NCBI GenBank assembly: GCA_030704615.1
Contig: CM060733.1
Coordinates: 46,128,001 to 46,192,000, forward strand
DNA from: Takakia lepidozioides
Lineage: Eukaryota > Plantae > Bryophyta
Length of the DNA: 64,000 nucleotides
Direction: 5' to 3'
Within the stretch, counting starts at the first letter, position 1, and every line of letters starts with the position of its first letter. The position numbers were made by a program, and so were the translations under genes. Under the pieces are notes generated by a model, which worked only from the letters and a program-made list of their open reading frames with translations, was not told the DNA's origin and did not search any database. Shown piece by piece: positions 1-12,607 of the stretch.

Positions 1-326
1 TTAGTATCCATGATGCTCTATGTTGATCATCTTCCTCTAACGCTGAAGAATGTGTGGTCACAGATATCTTCATGAGTGATTTGTGTTCATCTTTCACATT
101 ACAATCTGTGGTTCCGTTAGAGAGCCAATTTTACCTTGTAGTCCAGTAGTCTCTCGCACCATTATGCCCCCATCGCCTTTACCTGTGTGGGAGCCAACGT
201 ATGTAAGTTCCAGACATGCAAGATGTTCTGTTTGAAGGATGTCATTTTCAGTTATGAGCCTACAAATGACGGCATCGATAAGAGGATGATTGCAACCAAT
301 TTAACATGTTTATGTGGGTTCTGCAG

Positions 327-3300
327 TACAAGATAGCCGCATGCCAGATTTTGGTGACGGCTGATAAGGAGGCCAACATAGCCCATACTCGTAGTGTAAT
401 AGAGGCAGCTGCAGACAAAGGAGCTCAACTCATCCTCCTGCCAGTAAGCTTTCTAGATCCCTTCAGGATGTCTGGCAAAGATAGATCGAGTTTGATGATG
501 GAGAGGTCTTAGTTTTCAGTAAGCTGTCTGCTTTGGGTTCAATAGAAGGAGCCATCCGTGCAGACAATGCCTATTACCTCATCATTTAAGCTCTTGGCCT
601 TTCTGTGGATATTATAAAGTCCCTTTCTTGTTCCTTGTCTTTAATACATGAGGGTATGAATCTTATCCTGGGCCGATCTTTGTAGCACACTGTAGACAAT
701 GATGTCATGCACCCCTACTACTTCTACTAAGACAGAAGTGGCTGGTCTAGGACCAGAAATAAGAACATTGATACCCATAAATCTGTGCAGTTTAGGTTCC
801 TGTATTACTATGTGTGGAAAGACACAGTTCAGTGTGAACTTAAACCTTCTTGTCAATGTTTCCAGGAGATGTGGAACTGTCCTTTATCAAATGACAGCTT
901 TCCAATGTATGCGGAGGACATTGATGCTGGGTATGAAGCTTCTCCGTCTTCAGCAATGCTGGCTGAGGTGGCGCGCACAAAAGAAGTGACTATAATTGGA
1001 GGATCCATACCTGAGCGTAGTAACGGCCTCTTGTATAACACATGCTGTATTTTTGACAAAGACGGAGAGCTCAAGGCCAAGCACCGCAAGGTGTACACTT
1101 TCACTGAACAAGCAGGGGGGGCCAATGTTCCAAGAGCACTTTTCATACTTTCTGTCATTGTTAGATTGTTTGCAGAATTCCATGTGACAAAGTTAAGGAA
1201 CAGCAATGTCGCCATCTCCTGGGATATGCAATCTTTCTTGTTGTCTCCGCCATAAGGTAGAGACTAGGCATTCAACTGTCAAGGTCACTAATTATTCACC
1301 CTGTGAGTTGTCTGGTTGCCTAGCTCAGCATGGGCTGGGCTAGGTGAATCATCTCTTGAGAGGGCCAAGCCGTTGGGTGTGAAGGAGGGTGCTTCACTGA
1401 ATTAAATGGCATTTTGTGTTAAAGAGTGTCTTCTAACTTGATTGTTATCACCACATAAACAAACAGAGATGGAAATTTTTGCTAAGGCTGGAGTTGCATC
1501 TCTTTGTGGTCAGGTGCATCTGTTTGACATTGACATACCGGGGAAAATCACTTTTAAGGAGTCAGAGACGCTACACCCTGGAGAAGGCCTCACGGTTGTG
1601 GACACAGGTGGCCATATCAAAGCACCTAGCTGTTCTCTTTAATACATTGGGCACCAAAAGAGAGCCTAGCAAAGTCTAAACTCACTTTTGAGAGGTAGCC
1701 AAGATGAAAACATAGCCACATTTAGGGTAAGGTTTCCTGTCACATGTTTCCTTTCTGATGTGCCTGTTTGTATCACTGTCACACATGTACTTCCCTTTCC
1801 ATCCTTCTGTTTTCACTCAAGGGTGTTTTCTGAGTGCAGATGTTGGGCGCATAGCAGTAGGAATTTGCTATGATATCCGTTTTCCCGAAATGGCTATGCT
1901 CTATGCTGCCCGCGGTAAACTGGCCTCCTCCTGCATTCTAATCATATACTCAAATTGAATGATTTTTGGACCGGGTCAAGTTGAAAGAAAATTCTCTTTG
2001 ATAATGGCTTGAGCAAAAGACCTACATACTGGCATTAAACAGCTCTTACACACATCCAGATGCCAGGATTGACCTGTGTTGTTGTCGCAACAAACAGGGG
2101 CACACATTATATGCTATCCTGGGGCATTTAACATGACTACTGGCCCTCCCCACTGGGAGCTATTGCAAAAGGCCAGGTGCTCTCTCCCTATCCTTCTCTC
2201 TATTTCTTTCTAAATCTCGAGGCTGAGCCTAAAGCCCTGGTCCTGTTGAGGTCTAATTGCTGGGCAGCTTACACACAACAAATCGATGCTTTTGTGAAGG
2301 TCTTTCTAGAGGAATCTGGAAAGCCCGAACTAACTGCTTATGTCAAGGTAAGTCCTACTACTGGAGTGCCCCTCACAAATGTAGTGTCTGTTTTCTGCCC
2401 AAACTGGGCATGGGGTCTATGGCCACAAGGCTATTGAAAACAATTTCTCATGAGTACACTCTCTATCCCTGCCGTTCAGTGTCATATTCGCAAGGGGAAA
2501 GCTGAATGTTACATATGGTATGTTGTTGGTCATGAAATAGCTATTGCCATTTCATGTTGAAGTAGTCATCCAACTGGTTCTTCCAGGGGGTGGATATCCA
2601 CAATTCTACCACATTCGTGTCATAGCAAAGTATTACTTGTGTTACTGGTCTTTTTATTTCACTAGCATGGGGCTGCTGAGCCTCAGTGCTTCTAGCTATG
2701 GACTGACATGTCTTTTGCATGTTGGGGACTGGATATGAAACATTTCGGCAATTTCGCTGAGTGAGTCAGAGCTGTGGACAATCAGGTGAGATCATGACCA
2801 TTGGAGACAGAGTTCCAATGATAATGGTCTTCTCAAAGACCATTGATTTCTGGGTTTTGATCTTGCTTCTTGACCAGGTGCTAGTTGATGCTTTTGGATG
2901 TCAAGTAATAATTAAGACCTGTAGTTTGCACTGTATTTCGTAAAATGCATCAGCTTGGGACTCTTCCTGATTGCTCTACTGGGAGGTTCTTCATGCCAAC
3001 ATGACAACTGGTTCCCTCACTGACTGCACTGAAGCTAGATAGCACCATATACGCCCTTCACAACATATAACACATTCGTTGTTTACTCCTTCATTACCAC
3101 CTGAAGATGGAGAATCTGTATTGAAATGGGATGTGGTATGATGACAGATCTACGTAGTGACATGTTCACCAGCGAGGAATACTAGTGCAGGCTACATTGC
3201 CTGGGGACACTCTACCGTTGTCGGGCCTGTAAGTGTTCTCTCCTCTTCCTCTGTTTCTCTGCTCCCTATCCTAATGCAACATTAACCGCTTGTTGTGAAA

Positions 3301-6080
3301 CAGCTGCAACGTCATGTGACAGGTTCATGCATCTCTTGCTCACTTTAGAAGCTGCTTAGGCAGAGGGGTGGAAAGACCGAGTTTGGGCCAGTTTGAAATT
3401 CACCAACAGGTTTCTGGAATAGGCTTTTGGGTCTTTGTGGATCTAACACCAGTAGCAGCGAGTATGTGGATCAAAAGATGATCGATCTTCAAGTGCTATG
3501 GTTAAGTGGTCGAAAGAGTTAAGACTTCAAGTAAAATTTTCCTTTCAGGATGTCAATAGTATGACAGCATAATGGCTATATGTTCATAGATGTCATGGAG
3601 GTTTACAAAGAAGATTGCAGAGATGTGCACTAATGCTTTCTGAATTTCTGTGTGATCAACAGTTTGGTGAAATTCTGGCCACTACTGAACATGAGGAGGC
3701 AACCATTTTTGCAAATATTGATTACTCAGAAATTGACCAGAGAAGGTGCAGTTTTTTTCCCTGGCAGACTGAATACATCTTGAAATGCATCTTTAGTGCT
3801 TGTGACAATGTGACTTTAAAGGCAAGTTTCACAAGTACCTTACTTTTTGTGAGGTGGGTTCTCTTCTTTGTGATTTAGTGGCTCTCTAGCATGTGAAGAT
3901 TGCACCTGCTGAAGGCCATGAGAGAATGTACTCAAGACGATGTTTGCTGTAGCCCAAGGCCATGAGAGAGATTGTACTCATAAGACGTTGTTTGCCGTAG
4001 CCTTGTGGCCATTGACCCTGCGCCCAGTTTGAGCGGGAACAAAAGGGACAGAACCTACCTCTGTCAGGGGCTGACGTTGGTAGTAAGACTTACCTCCATA
4101 TAAAGAATTAATCCGGGTTTTCCAGATATCCTCTAGAAATCCCTTCACACAAGCATCAATCTGCTGTGTGTGATTTGCCCAAAAACTAGGCCTCAGGAGG
4201 GCCTGGGCTTTTGGCTCAGGCTCGAGACTTTCAAAGTTGGTAAACAGGGGTACAGGCACAATTCCCTTAATAGATTTGAAGAGAGCGTCTCTTTGGTGAG
4301 AGAACCCCGGACAGTGTATCAGAAAATGAATACTGTCTTCAGATTGCCCACACAACGGGCAATTGCACTCTCCCTTTCCTCTCTGCTTCTGTTTGCTGTT
4401 CAAAGGTAGGCTTCCTGCCCTGAGTTTAAATTTCAGTCTAGTGCCGAGAGTGGGTAGACCCTTGAGGTCATCCAAGATGTCCTCCCCCATGTCACAGACT
4501 GGAAACAAGTTCAGGGAAGTTTTCTGCCTAACTTCATTTTCATCAGACAATCTCATGGCAACAGACATGGCTTCGGACACTACAGCCTCTAAGTCAGATT
4601 TATCCAGCAGGGTCAAGACTTGCGGATCCAGGTCCAGGTCCTTGAGGATCTCTTCTACTCTCTTCTGCCAGGACTTAGCCTGTTTGACAGGGCGGTCCTG
4701 TTTCCAAGATATAGAGTCGATTAACTTAGGATATCTGGTGTTGGGCATATGTTGCAGCTGACCCCACCATCTGACCTTGAATTCATCTCGTCAGGAGCTT
4801 AAGGACGGAATGCCAAACTCACCCCGAACAGCCACATTGGCTGTTTTGGAGCATGCTGACATACACTCCTTAAGCACCCCACTTGAATGGATTCTAGAGA
4901 CTTAGCCTGGTTGGAGTTATCAACCCATATAGCAGATCCGTACTCCAAGGCAGGTCTAATAACGCGACAAAGCATGGTTTTCTTAACCTCAGAGTTGACC
5001 CCTCTGCAGTGGAAAAATTTAGTGAGCCCCAGAGCTTTGCCCTTGCCAGTTTGAACAACTTTCCGGATATGTGCATCCCAATTACAATTGGAGGAGAACT
5101 CAACGCCCAGGTAAGTGTAGGAAGGGAGGACCGGGATCTCTTGGCTACCCCACTGCCACTTAAGATCACTTCCTCCCTCTCCTCTGTCGTTGAATGCTAC
5201 CACTGCACATTTGCTGACATTAGCCTCTAGCCCCCAAAGATCAAAGTATCTCTTCGCGCAATCAATCAACTCCTGGAGATTGGTTGGAGTTTCCCTTTGC
5301 CTGCGAAGTCATCCGCAAACATAAGGGCTGGTATGGTGATATCACCCACCCTTAACCCAAATCCCTCACTTTCCACATCCTCGAGGAGTTGATTGATGAA
5401 AACATTGAAGAGCAGAGGGGAGAGAGTACATCCTTGAGCTACACCTTGGTCTATGTCAAAGAAGTTGGACTTCTGTCTGTTAACAGTGACACAGCTTTGG
5501 TGTGAGCATACAAGTTGCGGACAACTCTCCACATCTTTCCCTTGATCCCACAAGACCAGAGGCGGAACCATAGGCCATCTCTCCACACTGTGTCATAAGC
5601 CTTTTTGACATCCAGGAAAAAGACGTAAGTGGGTTTCCCTTCTTTTTTCCTTCCCTGGATAATCTGGCTTAGAGTGAAGATATGATCCACACAGCCCCTG
5701 TTTCGCCGAAAGCCAGCTTGGCCTTCGTGGAAACAACCTCTAGACTCCAGATCAACCTCGAGACGAGTACTTATAACTCTGCAGAATGTCTTGCCAACAG
5801 CATTGAGGAGCGTGATGCCACGGTAGTTCCCCGGTTCTTCTCTGTCACCCTTCTTGTATAGATTGACAATGACCCCTGTCGCCATCGAAAGGGGATCATT
5901 TCAGTCTTCCAGATAAGGTTAAAGAGGAGAACTAGGGCCTCTATCATGGGATCGCCACTGTGCTTGATAAGCTCGTTGACAATACCATCAGGTCCACCAG
6001 CTTTATATCCATCTAAATGCTCAATTGCTTCCACAATCTCAGAAGAACTAATGGGAGCGTTATAAGCCATTGAAATGCTT

Positions 6081-6129
<49 letters not shown>

Positions 6130-9100
6130 CTCATAAGACGTTGTTTGCCGTAGCCTTGTGGCCATTGACCCCGCGCCCAGTTTGAGCGGGAACAAAAGGG
6201 ACAGAACCTACCTCTGTCAGGGGCTGACGTTGGTAGTAAGACTTACCTCCATATAAAGAATTAATCCGGGTTTTCCAGATATCCTCTAGAAATCCCTTCA
6301 CACAAGCATCAATCTGCTGTGTGTGATTTGCCCAAAAACTAGGCCTCAGGAGGGCCTGGGCTTTTGGCTCAGGCTCGAGACTTTCAAAGATGGTAAACAG
6401 GGGTACAGGCACAATTCCCTTGAGAGAGAGATTGTACTCATAAGACGTTGTTTGCCGTAGCCTTGTGGCCATTGACCCCGCGCCCAGTTTGAGCGGGAAC
6501 AAAAGGGACAGAACCTACCTCTGTCAGGGGCTGACGTTGGTACTTTCAAAGATGGTAAACAGGGGTACAGGCACAATTCCCTTGAGAGAGAGATTGTACT
6601 CATAAGACGTTGTTTGCCGTAGCCTTGTGGCCATTGACCCCGCTCCCAGTTTGAGCGGGAACAAAAGGGACAGAACCTACCTCTGTCAGGGGCTGACGTT
6701 GGTAATCCAGATATCCTCTAGAAATCCCTTCACACAAGCATCAATCTGCTGTGTGTGATTTGCCCAAAAACTAGGCCTCAGGAGGGCCTGGGCTTTTGGC
6801 TCAGGCTCGAGACTTTCAAAGATGGTAAACAGGGGTACAGGCACAATTCCCTTGAGAGAGAGATTGTACTCATAAGACGTTGTTTGCCGTAGCCTTGTGG
6901 CCATTGACCCCGCGCCCAGTTTGAGCGGGAACAAAAGGGACAGAACCTACCTCTGTCAGGGGCTGACGTTGGTACTTTCAAAGATGGTAAACAGGGGTAC
7001 AGGCACAATTCCCTTGAGAGAGAGATTGTACTCATAAGACGTTGTTTGCCGTAGCCTTGTGGCCATTGACCCCGCTCCCAGTTTGAGCGGGAACAAAAGG
7101 GACAGAACCTACCTCTGTCAGGGGCTGACGTTGGTAATCCAGATATCCTCTAGAAATCCCTTCACACAAGCATCAATCTGCTGTGTGTGATTTGCCCAAA
7201 AACTAGGCCTCAGGAGGGCCTGGGCTTTTGGCTCAACCTCGAGACTTTCAAAGATGGTAAACAGGGGTACAGGCACAATTCCCTTGAGAGAGAGATTGTA
7301 CTCATAAGACGTTGTTTGCCGTAGCCTTGTGGCCATTGACCCCGCGCCCAGTTTGAGCGGGAACAAAAGGGACAGAACCTACCTCTGTCAGGGGCTGACG
7401 TTGGTAATAAGACTTACCTTCATCTAAAGAATTAATCCGGGTTTTCCAGATATCCTCTAGAAATCCCTTCACACAAGCATCAATCTGCTGTGTGTGATTT
7501 GCCCAAAAACTAGGCCTCAGGAGGGCCTGGGCTTTTGGCTCAGCCTCGAGACTTTCAAAGTTGGTAAACAGGGGTACAGGCACAATTCCCTTAATAGAGT
7601 TGAAGAGAGCGTCTCTTTGGTGAGAGAACCCCGGACAGTGTATCAGAAAATGAATACTGTCTTCAGATTGCCCACACAACGGGCAATTGCACTCTCCCTT
7701 TCCTCTCTGCTTCTGTTTGCTGTTCAAAGGTAGGCTTCCTGCCCTGAGTTTAAATTTCAGTCTAGTGCCGAGAGTGGGTAGACCCTTGAGGTCATCCAAG
7801 ATGTCCTCCCCCATGTCACTGACTGGAAACAAGTTCAGGGAGGTTTTCTGCCTAACTTCATTTTCATCAGACAATCTCATGGCAACAGACATGGCATCGG
7901 ACACTACAGCCTCTAAATCAGATTTATCCAGCACGGTCAAGACTTGCGGATCCAGGTCCAGGTCCTTGAGAATCTCTTCTACTCTCCTCTGCCAGGACTT
8001 AGCCTGTTTGACAGGGCGGTCCTGTGTCCAAGATATAGAGTCGATTAACTTAGGATATCTGGTGTTGGGCATATGTTGCAGCTGACCCCACCATCTGACC
8101 TTGAATTCATCTCGTCAGGAGCTTAAGGACGGAATGCCAAACTCACCCCGAACAGCCACATTGGCTGTTTTGGAGCATGCTGACATACACTCCTTAAGCA
8201 CCCCCACTTGAATGGATTCTAGAGACTTAGCCTGGTTGGAGTTATCAACCCATATAGCAGATCCGTACTCCAAGGCAGGTCTAATAACGCGACAAAGCAT
8301 GGTTTTCTTAACCTCAGAGTTGACCCCTCTGCAGTGGAAAAATTTAGTGAGCCCCAGAGCTTTGCCCTTGCCAGTTTGAACAACTTTCCGGATATGTGCA
8401 TCCCAATTACAATTGGAGGAGAACTCAACGCCCAGGTAAGTGTAGGAAGGGAGGACCGGGATCTCTTGGCTACCCCACTGCCACTTAAGATCGCTTCCTC
8501 CCTCTCCTCTGTCGTTGAATGCAACCACTGCACATTTGCTGACATTAGCCTCTAGCCCCCAAAGATCAAAGTATCTCTTCGTGCAATCAATCAACTCCTG
8601 GAGATTGGTTGGAGTCTCCCCTATGCCTGCGAAGTCATCCGCAAACATAAGGGCTGGTATGGTGGTATCACCCACCCTTAACCCAAATCCCTCACTTTCC
8701 ACATCCTCGAGGAGTTGATTGATGAAAACATTGAAGAGCAGAGGGGAGAGAGTACATCCTTGAGCTACACCTTGGTCTATGTCAAAGAAGTTGGACTTCT
8801 GTCCGTTAACAGTGACACAGCTTTGGTGTGAGCATACAAGTTGCGGACAACTCTCCACATCTTTCCCTTGATCCCACAAGACCAGAGGCGGAACCATAGG
8901 CCATCTCTCCACACTGTGTCATAAGCCTTTTTGACATCCAGGAAAAAGACGTAAGTGGGTTTCCCTTCTTTTTTCCTTCCCTGGATAATCTGGCTTAGAG
9001 TGAAGATATGATCCACACAGCCCCTGTTTCGCCGAAAGCCAGCTTGGCCTTCGTGGAAACAACCTCTAGACTCCAGATCAACCTCGAGACGAGTACTTAT

Positions 9101-12100
9101 AACTCTGCAGAATGTCTTGCCAACAGCATTGAGGAGCGTGATGCCACGGTAGTTCCCCGGTTCTTCTCTGTCACCCTTCTTGTATAGATTGACAATGACC
9201 CCCTGTCGCCATCGAAAGGGGATCATTTCAGTCTTCCAGATAAGGTTAAAGAGGAGAACTAGGGCCTCTATCATGGGATCGCCACCGTGCTTGATAAGCT
9301 CGTTGACAATACCATCAGGTCCACCAGCTTTATATCCATCTAAATGTTCAATTGCTTCCACAATCTCAGAAGAACTAATGGGAGCGTTATAAGCCATTGA
9401 AATATACTCCAGTTCATCAGGGCTGTTGTGAATCATAGGAACAGTTTTTCCAACTGTGTCCCTCCATTCAGCAGAAGACCCCTCACTGTTAGACCTAGAA
9501 GTTCTGCCAAGGATACTGTAGTTAGTTTCAAAGGTTTTGACAATGTCAACTGATGAAGTCACCACTGCACCTTTAGTAGTCTTCAGCGCTTGTACTTGCT
9601 GACCGTTTTTTGGCTTGTACAAACGTTGAAGGGCCAACCAGAATTTCTTGTCATTACCACCATGGTGGTTTGAGTTTATTTCACTGTATAACTTGTCCCA
9701 GTATAATTTCTTCTGAGACCTAACAAGCTGATTGATATCTTTACGGAGCTGGTAGTACCTCGCCCACAATTCTCTGTTGGTTTCCAAATTGCAGCACTCT
9801 TTATAGAGGGCTCATCTCTCAGCTATCTTGAGTTTAATCTCATTAGTCCACCAATTAACTGCTCTACCGCAGACAATTAGTTTCCTCCCAATGATCTTGT
9901 CAGCCACGGAGGAAACGAAACTCTCCCAAGAGTCCACTGCTCTTTCGACTTCATTTCTTGCGTTAACAGAGCGTGACTGAAGTTCTTGGAGCGATTGGAC
10001 AAAATGAGGGAGAGCCTCTTGCAAGGCTTGGACATACTCAGCCTTGACCTCTTCATCTTGGAATTTTGCTATGCGCCACTTCCGAATCGAACGCTTCACA
10101 GATCTCTTGGTGTTGGGAAAACACCTTTTGATCTCAGTCCAAACCAGGAAGTGGTCAGAGGTACCAATATCAGTTCTGTCGATCAACACACTGGCACTCT
10201 GGGGAAACAAACTTTTGTCCATTATGATATAATCCACAATGAAACGTTCCCCAGTTTGGGCTTTCTCACGAGTCCCTGCACTTGGTCTCCTTTTGACCTA
10301 TTATTCAAGGTCAAAAGCTGAAGTTCTTCCAGACAGTTTATTAACCGTCTACCATTGGAATTCAGCTCGTCCTCACCAAAAGGCCCAATGTTATCATCCT
10401 GATGGAGACCTTTGCCCACCCGGGCATTGAAGTCACCCAATAAGACCACCTGACCTTTGGCGAGGGACTTAGCACAGTCCAGCTTTACGTCTTCGAAGGC
10501 TTTGTCTGCGTCAGCACTACGGGTCCCCTCTGTGGGCATCTAAACACAACCCACAAAAGGTCCTTCGTATTCATGCGGCCCTTCAATTTCACTTTAGCCA
10601 AATACTGTGCTTGTACCGCAAATCCTTTTTGATAATTTCACAATTGTCACACAAGAAATCACGGACAAAGAAGCCAACCCCTTTTTGACCGCGTTTGGCA
10701 GAGGCTGCCTTGAGAGTACACATCCTACCTGCCCATTTATAACCATTGACATCTCCAACCAGTTTATCCGACGTTTCCCATGTTTCTTGCCCAGCACAGA
10801 TATGAATATCATTAGTCCGAAGGACTTGTCCCACTTCGAGTTGTTTCCTTTGGTTAGTAAGCCCTGAGAAGTTGAAAGTGGCCAGCCGCAAGCCAGCCCT
10901 TTGCATGTGAATTGTTTGTCGTCTAGGTAGCTTGTGATTGCTCCTGGACAGCCAACCGTTCTGCCCCATGTGTAGATTTTGCTCGTCTTGTGTAGACTTT
11001 GAGAATTGGTAAACCATTCAGGGTACCAAATCCTTCAGTTACATGACGCAGAGGCTCCGCACACTTAGGGGCATATTGTCCGTCAGACTGCTTGGGGACA
11101 ATTACCCCGTGTATAGGTTTTGCTCGTCTTGTGTAGACTTTGAGGATTGGTAAACCATTTAGAGTACCAAATCCTTCAGTTACGCGACGTTCAGGCTCTG
11201 CACACTTAGGGACAGATTGTCCATCTGACGGCTTGGGGACAATTACCCCGTGTATAGAATTTGTTTGTCTTGTGTAAACCTTGAGGATTGGTAAACCATT
11301 CAGAGTACCAAATCCTTCAGACTCAGGACGTTCAGGTTCTGTAGCTGTTTGGATTCAACCTCATCCAGAGCATCAAACCGATTAGAAACTTTCAAGTTGA
11401 AGTCCTTGCCCTTGGTTGTCTTCCTAGAGCGCCCCATTGAATCACCAATGTCTAAGACCGCTCTCCAGCCAGTCAAGGGACGAACTTCTTTGAGATTGAA
11501 TTGATGTGGGACTCTATTAGAAGCACTTTTGGACATTGCAACCTTCAACGTACCCCTGTTATCAAGTCTTGAGATGGAACCATTAGCCAAGAAATCCAAG
11601 CCTAAGCTAGAGCATGTAGTTTTAAAGGACACATCGTCCATCCTGGGATTCACCCCAAAAACTACACATGAAGCCCTAGATTTGGCATAAGTAACCAATT
11701 CCCAGGAATCACCCTGGGGAGTGTTGATGTTGATAGGAGCTAAAATATTGATTGATCTCGCAGGCTATAAGTTTAAGCACAGGAACCAACCCGAGCCCAA
11801 GTGCCGAGTATGCTATACAGAGCATACGACTGCCCAATTTGGCGGAGGGGCTGCCCCCAAGCGGTAGGGGTCCGCTTGTTACCATTCAGAGATCACACTC
11901 CAGGGAGTTGCAGGGAATGGCCCGTGTAGGCATATTCTAAAGAGGGAAAGGCCCCAAGCTTTCCAACTAAATCCAATGCACTACCTTACCTGGAGCAAAG
12001 CGCTTTAGGTCGAAACAAACAAGGACACGAGGTCACAAGGCCGGCATTTAGTCACAGAGAGAGAGAGCTACCATGGACCTGGGTGTACCGGTAGCCTGCA

Positions 12101-12607
12101 ACTGATGCTAACCCTCCCGGAGCTGGTTGTGGGGTTGGACAAACTCAGTTCCCGATTCCTGTTGGCCTTAGGGAGGTCAATGCCAATCCAGTTACAGAGT
12201 TTTCAAGGGCAGGCATTGACACGTATTGAAAAGCATAACATCAAGTCCAGAACTGTATCTCGAATCGCTCAAATAGTTTCACACAGATTGGTTTTGCAAG
12301 ACCGCAGATGGGCCCACTGCCAGCTAAAGTTGCCTTCCACAGTCTTCAGGTTGTGGTACTGGAATGTATGCCCTTCTGGTACCTTTTGTAGGCCTTATTT
12401 GGTTGATTACGCGTGCTGTGATTCTCCTGCAATACAATGGGGATGTAACATGGATATCTTGTGCATGCAGTCTGTATGGGGGTCTAACTTGTTATGGGGC
12501 TATTGAATGGGAATTCTGTGTGCAGACTGAACATGCCACTAGGGAACCAAAGAAGAGGAGATTTGTATCGCCTCATCGATGTAGCCCGAGGCAGTAGTCA
12601 TCGTTGA
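327..12607 (+). CDS. NIT2: Omega-amidase, nitrilase superfamily (NIT2/NLP3-like). Exons 327-443, 866-1090, 1514-1607, 1840-1914, 2098-2176, 2770-2785, 3148-3228, 3663-3745, 12526-12607; a further upstream exon may end at about 202
   Basis: Spliced translation YKIAACQ..LLP|EMWN..HRK|[48 protein letters not shown]|AVDNQ|..WGHSTVVGP|FGEILAT..R|[14 protein letters not shown] contains the E-K-C catalytic triad. GT-AG boundaries are in phase. The last intron (3746-12525) contains the LINE stack. Confidence 0.92.
2207..2464 (+). mobile_element. Old, diverged 3' fragment (~260 bp) of the (TC)n-tailed LINE, in a NIT2 intron
   Basis: Translates [25 protein letters not shown] and ends AAACTGGGCATGGGGTCTATGGCCACAAGGCTA..TGAGTACACTCTCT, matching the 3' end of the LINE at 7286-12055. 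It is preceded by a TC-rich tract. Confidence 0.85.
3912..3969 (-). mobile_element. 30-bp extreme 3' tail of the LINE flanked by a 14-bp target-site duplication
   Basis: AAGGCCATGAGAGA at 3912-3925 and 3956-3969 flanks ATGTACTCAAGACGATGTTTGCTGTAGCCC, a variant of the LINE terminus. Confidence 0.75.
3964..6076 (-). mobile_element. 5'-truncated LINE copy A (RT + C-terminal CCHC), frameshifted
   Basis: Near-identical to 7286-9403. RT motifs [35 protein letters not shown]. Bounded by GA repeats. Confidence 0.95.
6082..6124. repeat. (GA)n microsatellite, the tail of a LINE fragment
   Basis: About 21 GA units directly abutting the LINE terminus TTGTACTCATAAG. Confidence 0.95.
6082..7285 (-). repeat. 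Tandem array of five LINE 3'-end fragments (6082-6421, 6422-6583, 6584-6853, 6854-7015, 7016-7285)
   Basis: Each unit starts with (GA)n-TTGTACTCATAAG and ends at GGCACAATTCCCTT. The 162+270 bp pair is repeated twice (432-bp period, also seen in the ORF offsets 6346/6778 and 6686/7118). Confidence 0.95.
7286..12055 (-). mobile_element. Apparently full-length (~4.8 kb) non-LTR retrotransposon: ORF1-like region, APE endonuclease, RT and CCHC finger (RTEX-like architecture); carries stops and frameshifts
   Basis: APE motifs [31 protein letters not shown]; full RT motif set; [16 protein letters not shown] repeats at both ends (7286-7295, 12056-12067). The clade assignment is inference. Confidence 0.93.
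10970..11342 (-). repeat. 141-bp tandem repeat (~2.6 copies) in the LINE, upstream of the endonuclease
   Basis: G(C/T)T(C/T)GTCTTG recurs at 10981, 11122 and 11263. One minus-strand frame is open through all copies ([24 protein letters not shown]). Confidence 0.85.
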
